A DNA stretch of 64,000 nucleotides, taken from Hyphomonadaceae bacterium (GTDB lineage Bacteria; Pseudomonadota; Alphaproteobacteria; Caulobacterales; Aquidulcibacteraceae). How positions within the stretch are numbered: the stretch's first letter is position 1; each line of letters opens with the position of its first letter. Of this stretch, positions 57,445-64,000 are shown one piece after another. Under the pieces are notes generated by a model. It saw nothing but the letters and a program-made list of their open reading frames with translations, was not told the origin of the DNA and made no database searches. Made by a program: the position numbers and the translations under genes. The stretch spans positions 736-64,735 of the forward strand of contig JBFWWB010000001.1 in assembly GCA_050246435.1 (NCBI GenBank), written 5' to 3'.

Positions 57445-58557
57445 CTACGCCTCGCCGCCTTTAGCGCCATCCTGCGCGAGGGCCTGGCGCAATTGCTCCA
57501 TCACCGCGGCGTCTTCCGGATCGAGGCGGCCAGAGCGCTGTATCTTCTCGAACGTGGCGAGGGCTTGCGCGAGGTGCTCGCGCGTATCCGGCCCGTTGAG
57601 CGTAGCGAGCTTGAAATGGCCGACCGCCACGTCGCGCACGCGCTCGGCGTCGCCTGGTGTTTTTTCCGCGATGGCGCTGACGAGGCGCAGGCTTTCCGCA
57701 TAGGCCTGCTGGGCGGCTTCCGTATCCTTCAACGCGACGGAACAATCGCCGAATTCGTCGAGCGCGATCGCCTTCTCGCGATCGTTGCGGGCGCTGGCGA
57801 CCGCGGCCTTGGCGATTTCGCGCGCATCGGAAGACCGGTTGGTGCCACGATAAAGCCGCCCCAGGGTGATGAGCGAGACGAAATCGTTGTTGTCGATCCG
57901 GCAAGCCTGCTGGAAGGCGCTGATCGTCTGCTGCAGATCGGAAAACGCTTCGAGCGCGCCCAGATCGCGCCAGGCGGCAGCGGAATTGGCGCCTTCAGCG
58001 TGCCGGCGCAGATCGGCGCGCGCGGCGTCGAACTCGCGGGCGGCGAGGCGCCGGCGCGCCGCCGCACGGGCCGGCTCGCGCGCATCCACCAGCCCTTCGG
58101 CCAGCAAACGCAGCGCCTCTGTCGGCACGGTTTCAGCGAAAGGCGCCTTATCACGCGAGGCGCGCAGGCGTTCCGCCACCAGAATCTGGCGCAATTCCTC
58201 CGATTCACGGCGCACGCGATCGGCGTTGGCCGCGGCGTCCCGCTCCATCGACTGGATCGGATCGCTGCGCGTTTGCGCGGCCGCGCGCGGGGGCGCCGCG
58301 GCTTCACGCGCGGCGGCGCGGCGCTGCGCTGAGGCTTCGGCGGCGGCCTCTTCCGCTTCGCGGCGGCGCTTCTTCTTGCCGCCGCCGGCGATGGCGCCGA
58401 GCAGCGAAAACAGGATGATCAGGAATAGGAGCGTCGCGCCGCCCGCCCCGCCGACGACGGCGACATCCGGCAAGCCCTTCACCACGCCGGCGACATCCGG
58501 GCCGGCGGAATCCGCGATGGCGCGCAGGATATCGGCGATCGGCTTCAGGTTTTCCAT
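57445..58557 (-). CDS. membrane-anchored protein with coiled-coil and TPR-like repeats
   Basis: One TM helix (ATLLFLIILFSLLGAIAG) followed by KKKRRRE, an Ala/Arg/Glu-rich segment, and C-terminal TPR-like helices (GRLYRGTNRSSDAREIAKAAV...). Confidence 0.5.
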   Translation of the reverse strand: MENLKPIADILRAIADSAGPDVAGVVKGLPDVAVVGGAGGATLLFLIILFSLLGAIAGGGKKKRRREAEEAAAEASAQRRAAAREAAAPPRAAAQTRSDPIQSMERDAAANADRVRRESEELRQILVAERLRASRDKAPFAETVPTEALRLLAEGLVDAREPARAAARRRLAAREFDAARADLRRHAEGANSAAAWRDLGALEAFSDLQQTISAFQQACRIDNNDFVSLITLGRLYRGTNRSSDAREIAKAAVASARNDREKAIALDEFGDCSVALKDTEAAQQAYAESLRLVSAIAEKTPGDAERVRDVAVGHFKLATLNGPDTREHLAQALATFEKIQRSGRLDPEDAAVMEQLRQALAQDGAKGGEA

Positions 58558-58610
58558 GCGTCCTCTCCCAAGACCGCCGCCTTAACACGCGCCCGCGCGG
58601 CGCGAAACGC

Positions 58611-59930
58611 TCAGATGGCGCCGGGCTTCGGCGCCGGAAATGCGGGGGCGCCGCGGGCATCGGAAAGGCCGACATCGGAGGCCGCCATGCCGGAACGCGC
58701 GGCCCACAGCTTGCGCCAATTCTTCGGCCATGTCGGCGAGCGGCTCATCGCCTCCCGCAGGCCGGCGCGTGAATCCACCAGGAACATCGCGTCGCGGGCG
58801 AGCCGATCTTCCGGCCGCGCCTTGGCGCGCACGGCGTCGGCCACAATGAGGCGCGCCCGCGCGTTCGTGAACGCGCCCGGCGCCAGGCAGGCTTTCTCCC
58901 GCGCCAGCGCCGTATCGATCGCATCAAAGCGCGCTTCGCCCCAACCCATATGAATCGAGCGGTCGAGGAAGAAGGCGAAATCGATCTCGCTGGGCTCCAG
59001 TCCGGCAGCGCGCCAGGATTTCGACAGCCGCTCCACCACATACCGGAACCAGGCGTCATCGCCCCAAGCGACGTCGTCATAAACGCGCTGGGTTTGCTCC
59101 ATCGCGCCGAGCCGCGCGAACGCGCGCGACCAGGCGCGCATCTGGCCAGGCTGACGGCAAACGTCTTCCATCAGCAGGCGCGCCTGGGGATAGCGGTGCT
59201 TGCTTTCGACGTGCAATTCCTTGGCGGTCTTCAGATCCAGCAGGCGGTCGCCCCCTTCAGCGCCTTCCGCCGCGAAAGCGAGCAGCACCGTCTCGCGGTC
59301 CAACCGCTTGAGCACCGCCAGCAACTCCCCGCCCCACCCCAGGGTCTTGCCGTTCGGCCCCCAGGTGAGCACCGAGCCCTGATCGCCGCGGAAATTGACG
59401 CAGACATTCCATTCCAGGCGGTCGTAGTCGGTGCCCTCGATCGTCCGTGCGAGGGTGAAGGCGCGCTCGTAAGCGTCCGGCGCGGGCTGGCCGGTGATCG
59501 CCTGCCAGGTTTCCACCGTGATATGGCGGCCGGCGGCGAGATCGCGCGCACCGCGGCAGGCGGCGATGGCGCGGGCGGCTTCGGCCGTTTCGCGCGTAAA
59601 GCGGCCGTCCTGCGGGACCGGGGCCACGCCACAGCGCTCGGCGTAACGGTCGATCGATTCCTGCAGGCGCCCCACCGGGCCCCATTTGGAATCCTGGATG
59701 ATCATGCGGGCGCCGGGGTCGGCGTAACGGATCAGCACGGCGTCCGCCCCGCCATGGACGGCGTTGCGGGCCGAAAAGGTCGCACAGCTCCAACACAAGA
59801 GCACGGCGCCGCTGACGGCGCCCACCGAGAGGCCGAAGCGCGCGGCCGCGCGGCCCAGCCCTTCGAGCGCCGCAAGCGGCCCGGCGCGCCGCCGGGCGGC
59901 GCGCGTCCTGGGACCGGAACGGGCCTTCAT
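58611..59930 (-). CDS. membrane-anchored protein with PG-binding-like segment and lysozyme/chitosanase (GH46)-like region, hypothetical
   Basis: N-terminal anchor. VGRLQESIDRYAERCGVAPVPQDGRFTRETAEAARA resembles a PG_binding_1 repeat. IEGTDYDRLEWNV..RGDQGSVLTWGPNGKTLGWGG loosely resembles the GH46 catalytic Glu and DGRGYTGG block. Confidence 0.45.
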   Translation of the reverse strand: MKARSGPRTRAARRRAGPLAALEGLGRAAARFGLSVGAVSGAVLLCWSCATFSARNAVHGGADAVLIRYADPGARMIIQDSKWGPVGRLQESIDRYAERCGVAPVPQDGRFTRETAEAARAIAACRGARDLAAGRHITVETWQAITGQPAPDAYERAFTLARTIEGTDYDRLEWNVCVNFRGDQGSVLTWGPNGKTLGWGGELLAVLKRLDRETVLLAFAAEGAEGGDRLLDLKTAKELHVESKHRYPQARLLMEDVCRQPGQMRAWSRAFARLGAMEQTQRVYDDVAWGDDAWFRYVVERLSKSWRAAGLEPSEIDFAFFLDRSIHMGWGEARFDAIDTALAREKACLAPGAFTNARARLIVADAVRAKARPEDRLARDAMFLVDSRAGLREAMSRSPTWPKNWRKLWAARSGMAASDVGLSDARGAPAFPAPKPGAI

Positions 59931-60106
59931 CGTTCCCCCAATAGTCCACCTACCCTGCGCGACCGGTTAACAGCCGGCCCGCGCAGATAAATCCCTGCAA
60001 TCCCCTTGCCGGCAAGCCGCCCCGACAGTTGCGCACAAGGCGGCCTACGCTGCGTCACGGCTTGACCGGCGGCGGCGCTGCGCCATCCTGGCGGCAGGAG
60101 AGCGTG

Positions 60107-61285
60107 ATGTTCCAGCGGTTTTTCACCGAATTGCGCGAGGCGCGCGTGCCCGTAAGTCTCAAGGAATATCTGACCCTGATCGAGGCGCTCGAGAAGGACG
60201 TGATCCCGCCGGGGATCGAGGACTTCTATTTCCTGGCGCGGGCCGCCCTGGTGAAAGACGAGCGTCATATCGACCGGTTCGACAAGGTGTTTGGCCACGT
60301 CTTCAAGGGCGTCGATTTCACCAAAGACGCGGTTGAGGGCGAAATTCCGGCGGAATGGCTGCAGGCGCTCACCGAGAAGTATCTGACCGAGGAAGAAAAA
60401 GAGCAGATCAAGCGGCTGGGCGGCTGGGACAAGCTGATGGAGGCGCTGCAACAGCGCCTGCGCGAACAGCAGGCGCGCCACGAAGGCGGCGACCGGATGA
60501 TCGGCACGGGCGGAACCTCGCCCTTCGGCGCCGACGGCTATCACCCCGAAGGCGTGCGCATCGGCCAGGACAAGAGCCGCCACAACCGCGCCGTCAAAGT
60601 GTGGGACAAACGCGAATTCAAAAACCTCGACGACCGCGAAGAGCTGGGCCAGCGCAATGTGAAGGTGGCGTTGCGTCGCTTGCGCAAATTCGCCCGCGAC
60701 GGCGCGCCGGACGAATTCGATCTCAACGGTACGATCCGTTCAACCGCGCGGCAAGGCTATCTTGACGTGGTGATGCGCCCGGAGCGGCGCAACGCGATCA
60801 AAGTGCTGCTGTTCTTCGATATCGGCGGCTCGATGGATGCGCACGTGCGCACGTGCGAGGAGCTATTCTCTGCGGCGCGCACGGAATTCAAGCATCTCGA
60901 ATATTTCTACTTCCACAACTGCCTCTACGAGAACGTGTGGAAGGACAACCGCCGCCGGAACACGGAGAAGATCAGCACCTGGGACCTGATGCACAAGTTC
61001 CCGCACGACTACAAAGTGATCTTCGTCGGCGACGCGACGATGAGCCCGTACGAGGTTTCAGCGCCGGGCGGCTCCGTCGAGCATTGGAACGAGGAGCCTG
61101 GCGCGGTGTGGCTCAACCGCTTGTGCAGCCTGTATGAGCATTTCGTGTGGCTCAATCCGACGCACGAAAACGCGTGGGAGTATTCGCCGTCCACGCAATT
61201 GATCCGCGACGTGATCGGCCCGCACCGGATGTTCCCGCTGACGCTGGGCGGGCTTGAAGGCGCGATGCGCGAACTCAGCCGGTGA
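60107..61285 (+). CDS. VWA domain-containing protein (CoxE-like MoxR partner)
   Basis: MFQRFFTELREARVPVSLKEYLTLIEAL N-terminus is typical of CoxE-like proteins. MIDAS-like LLFFDIGGSMD. 392 aa. Confidence 0.85.
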   Translation: MFQRFFTELREARVPVSLKEYLTLIEALEKDVIPPGIEDFYFLARAALVKDERHIDRFDKVFGHVFKGVDFTKDAVEGEIPAEWLQALTEKYLTEEEKEQIKRLGGWDKLMEALQQRLREQQARHEGGDRMIGTGGTSPFGADGYHPEGVRIGQDKSRHNRAVKVWDKREFKNLDDREELGQRNVKVALRRLRKFARDGAPDEFDLNGTIRSTARQGYLDVVMRPERRNAIKVLLFFDIGGSMDAHVRTCEELFSAARTEFKHLEYFYFHNCLYENVWKDNRRRNTEKISTWDLMHKFPHDYKVIFVGDATMSPYEVSAPGGSVEHWNEEPGAVWLNRLCSLYEHFVWLNPTHENAWEYSPSTQLIRDVIGPHRMFPLTLGGLEGAMRELSR

Positions 61286-62060
61286 GAACCGCCTCGACCA
61301 GACGGTCGAGTTTGTCCCAGTTTTTGTAGGCGCGCACGCGCGCCGGCGCCGTGCGCCATGCCTGCGCGAACGCCGCGCGCGTTTCGCCGTTGCGCAGCAA
61401 CGGCGCGAGCAGCTCGATCGAAACGCCGATGGTGAACGCCACCGCGCCGGCACCCGGCAGCTTTCGGACAGTCTGACGTTCGACGCGCAGATGTAGCACG
61501 TCCGCCGCAGCGGCAGGCTGCGTTCTTGCGGCGCGCGCAAGCAACGGGGCGGATGACGGCGTGAAGCGATCGTCCCCGGCCTGGACTGTCCAATTGAAGC
61601 GCTCGAGCGGCGCATCCGGCGCAAGGGCGTCGAACACGCGCGCGATGCGGGCGGCGAGACCCTGGGCGCCGCCCCGGCCCAGCACGTCCGGCACCGGAGC
61701 GTGAAGGAAAGCTAGCGGTTTGCCGATGACCTCCGGCAGCGACCAGAAGGTCGGCGCGCAGACGACGGCGGCGGCGAGCATCCAGCCCTCCTCCCGCCGC
61801 TCCAGCACGCAAAGATCGTCGGGCACGGCGCCGGCGGCCTCCAGCAGGCTGGCCGCGCCGAGCAGGGCCGCCAGCTCCAGCGCCCCCGCCTCCGCGCCCG
61901 GCGCCGCCGCGGTCACCAGCGCCGGATGGGCCGCGATCAGCGCCGTTTTCCAGGCCCGCCAGGCCGGATCGGCGCCGACGCGCAGCCAATCCGCCAGGGC
62001 GATAGGGCGCAGGCCGACCCGAAATTCCGGCGGCTCGAGGAAAATAGGCGGTGTTTTCAC
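61275..62060 (-). CDS. DUF3445 (heme-dependent oxidative N-demethylase family) protein
   Basis: LCVLERREEGWMLAAAVVCAPTFWSLPEVIGKPLAFLHAPVP and ERFNWTVQ ... LRVERQTVRKLP fit the remembered DUF3445 pattern. Confidence 0.7.
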   Translation of the reverse strand: MKTPPIFLEPPEFRVGLRPIALADWLRVGADPAWRAWKTALIAAHPALVTAAAPGAEAGALELAALLGAASLLEAAGAVPDDLCVLERREEGWMLAAAVVCAPTFWSLPEVIGKPLAFLHAPVPDVLGRGGAQGLAARIARVFDALAPDAPLERFNWTVQAGDDRFTPSSAPLLARAARTQPAAAADVLHLRVERQTVRKLPGAGAVAFTIGVSIELLAPLLRNGETRAAFAQAWRTAPARVRAYKNWDKLDRLVEAVLTG

Positions 62061-62242
62061 GGGGTTCAGGCGCTTCCTCCGCCGCCGCGCCCGCCGGCAG
62101 GGCCGCCGTCCGCAAAGTGTTGCATTTCGGGCGAACTATAGAGCCTTTGGCGCCTATCCGATTGCCGGCATGCGTGGAATTGGCGTAACGTTCTCTTAAC
62201 GGGCGCGCGAGCAGCCCCCGAGAGACGAAGAAAAGCCGGGCG

Positions 62243-63001
62243 ATGACCCAAAGCGTTGTGCTGCACACTTACCGGGCGAAGGAATACGCCGAGAGCGTCG
62301 TGTGCGGCCTGCAGCACGAAGGCTACGCTGTGCCTTGGGATCCCCAGGCCGGCGGCATGATCGTGACCGGCGCGCTCGCGCCGGAAAGCGCGCCCTGCGT
62401 CATCGTGCTTTGGACGAAAGACGCGATCATCCAGAAATGGGTGCTGGAATACGCACGGGCCGCGTATCAGCGCGGCGCGCTGATCGAAGTGCTGATCGAT
62501 CCGGTGGTGTCGCCGTTCAACCAATCGCTCGCGCCGATCGATTTCACGCATGGCTGGGACGGCCGTCCGAAGGGCCCGCTCTGGAAGGCGTTCATGGATC
62601 GCGTGCGCGCCAAGAGCGGCCGCCCGATCGGTCGTCTGCCGTTCAAGGAACAGTTCCAGCCAGTGATGGCGGTTTGGGTGATGGGCTTCGTCACGGTGGC
62701 GACGCTGGCGACCGGCGGGCCGCTGCTGCGCCCTAGCGGCGATGAACTCGCCGCACGCGAACCGATCGCCGCCGATCCGCAACCCGCCGTGGAGACAGCG
62801 ATGGGCGGCCCGGCGGCGAGCGCGCAAATCCTCGCCCCGGCGGACGCTGCGCGCGCGCCGCAGGTCACGGTTGAACCGGAAGAACGCTACATGGTGCGCA
62901 GCACCGTGAAACTGCGCTACGAGCCGATTTCCGCCCCCGCCCCGCGCGAGGTGCAAGACGGCGCGATGATCACGTTTGTCGGCCACGGCGACGCGGGCTG
63001 A
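62243..63001 (+). CDS. membrane protein with N-terminal TIR-like domain
   Basis: VVLHTYRAKEYAESVVCGLQHEGYAVPWD ... CVIVLWTKDAIIQKWVLEYARAAYQRGALIEVLID follows the bacterial TIR_2 layout (beta-A, helix, VW-D, IVLxS..W...E, ..PVLI). It then has one TM helix (VMAVWVMGFVTVATLA) and a roughly 90 aa C-terminal region. Confidence 0.5.
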   Translation: MTQSVVLHTYRAKEYAESVVCGLQHEGYAVPWDPQAGGMIVTGALAPESAPCVIVLWTKDAIIQKWVLEYARAAYQRGALIEVLIDPVVSPFNQSLAPIDFTHGWDGRPKGPLWKAFMDRVRAKSGRPIGRLPFKEQFQPVMAVWVMGFVTVATLATGGPLLRPSGDELAAREPIAADPQPAVETAMGGPAASAQILAPADAARAPQVTVEPEERYMVRSTVKLRYEPISAPAPREVQDGAMITFVGHGDAG

Positions 63002-63014
63002 ACGCCCGCCCGTT

Positions 63015-63485
63015 TCATTCCCGCTCCGGCTTGCCCGTGCGCCGCGCGCGCAGCCAATGCAATATGGCCCAGGCATGGGCTTCGTGGCGCACGCGCAGCG
63101 CCGCATCGTTCGCGCCGACCCAGACGAGCGCGCAATTCGGCTCCGTCGGGCTGCCGTCGGCGGCGGAAAGCTCTACCTCATAGAATGCGCCCAGATGGTT
63201 CCGCGGCTCCCCGCCCGGCGCCCAATATTGGCCGGCGCGGCCGATCAACCTTTCCGGCCAAACGGTGAGCCCGGTTTCTTCGCTGAACTCGCGCATCAGC
63301 GCGCCGGCCTCGTCTTCGTCGGCCTCCACGCCGCCGCCGGGAAGATCGTATTCGTAGGGCGCCGCCGCGCCAATGCGCACCAGAGCGATCTGCTCGCCGC
63401 GCGCGCAGACGCCGTGCGCCACCGAGCGCTCGACATAGGTGAGCCCGTGCTGGGTTTGCCCGAACTGCAGCGCAAAGCGCGTCAT
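63015..63485 (-). CDS. NUDIX hydrolase
   Basis: Nudix box GGGVEADEDEAGALMREFSEETG. Start at ATG 63485 (MTRFAL). Confidence 0.8.
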   Translation of the reverse strand: MTRFALQFGQTQHGLTYVERSVAHGVCARGEQIALVRIGAAAPYEYDLPGGGVEADEDEAGALMREFSEETGLTVWPERLIGRAGQYWAPGGEPRNHLGAFYEVELSAADGSPTEPNCALVWVGANDAALRVRHEAHAWAILHWLRARRTGKPERE

Positions 63486-63554
63486 CGCCGCGTCGCCTCG
63501 TATGGGGATGCGCATCCGCCCCATGCCGCAACGCCGCGTGGCTGTCGAGTCCTC

Positions 63555-63875
63555 TCAGTATGCATCGAGCGCGCCCAGGGCTGCGTCCAGGGCGCGATTG
63601 AGCGCCTCCAGCGCCGGAGCTTCCGCTGCCGCCGCTTCCGCTGCGGCGCACGCCTCGGCGAGCGCCCAAAGGCCGATGCCGCGCGCGGAGCCTTTCAAGG
63701 TATGGGCGCCGTCGCGCCAGCTTTCGCCGGGATGCGCAGGCGCGAACAGCACGCGCCACTCCGCCTCGCGCGCCCGAAACAGCGCGGCGATCTCTGCCTG
63801 CAGCGTGCGATCGCCGCCGGTCATCATGTCGAAATGCGCCGCATCGAACAGCGCCGGGGCGGCCTTCGCATCCAT
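63555..63875 (-). CDS. stand-alone Hpt (histidine phosphotransfer) domain protein
   Basis: 106 aa four-helix type sequence with the phospho-His motif GAHTLKGSARGIG. Confidence 0.8.
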   Translation of the reverse strand: MDAKAAPALFDAAHFDMMTGGDRTLQAEIAALFRAREAEWRVLFAPAHPGESWRDGAHTLKGSARGIGLWALAEACAAAEAAAAEAPALEALNRALDAALGALDAY

Positions 63876-63941
63876 GCGCGCAACGTTACGCCGTGCGCGC
63901 CTTCCGCCCGGTTAAGAGCCGACCGAAACGTTCAGGAACGG

Positions 63942-64000
63942 TCAGGCCGCGAGTTTATCGACCTCGGCTACGTCCTCGGCCGAGAGCCGCCATTCCCCGG
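63942..64000 (-). CDS. 3-prime end of a gene running off the window, possibly aldo/keto reductase (partial)
   Basis: The reverse frame ends ..EWRLSAEDVAEVDKLAA-TGA (stop at 63942-63944). This tail resembles AKR C-termini, but there is very little sequence. Confidence 0.3.
   Translation of the reverse strand, partial: GEWRLSAEDVAEVDKLAA

Noticed and set aside
61009-62268. 419 aa minus-strand ORF spanning the VWA 3-prime end, DUF3445 and the intergenic region
   Set aside because: It is out of frame with the well-supported DUF3445 protein. It is extremely Arg/Gly/Ala-rich with no motifs.

Overview
This is a GC-rich chromosomal window, almost certainly alphaproteobacterial. The lineage markers are chvI-chvG, flaF-flbT, a DivL-type kinase and the dnaX-ybaB-recR block. 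It is gene-dense (about 70 CDS) and mostly housekeeping.

Recognisable content:
- Housekeeping: pth-ychF, an SRP RNA (ffs) that the ORF track cannot show, dnaX-ybaB-recR, polA, ahcY and a class I RNR alpha subunit.
- Ethylmalonyl-CoA pathway: three signature genes, mcd-like, ccr and ecm.
- Stress and signalling: prkA-yeaH-spoVR followed tightly by a Sir2 deacylase, and chvIG plus PTS-Ntr genes.
- Other: ppk2, pseB-like with flaF-flbT, and a MoxR ATPase with its VWA partner.

I saw no tRNA, rRNA, CRISPR array, transposase or integrase. Many long ORFs in the track are antisense or off-frame shadows typical of high-GC DNA and were rejected.

Nothing here is a clear-cut novel system. The observations most worth a second look are:
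1. A lower-GC islet after nrdA, where nrdB would be expected. It holds a Cys-rich zinc-finger ORF overlapping the nrdA stop, REP/MITE-like hairpins and a GIY-YIG gene.
2. The four-gene prkA-yeaH-spoVR-Sir2 unit.
3. The chvIG-EIIA-HPr locus, which lacks hprK.
4. A MoxR/VWA pair split by a three-gene envelope insert.
5. A membrane-anchored TIR-like protein.
6. A chagasin-type inhibitor block nested between ccr and mcd.

Functional calls come from motifs read directly in the translations plus remembered family knowledge. No searches were run.
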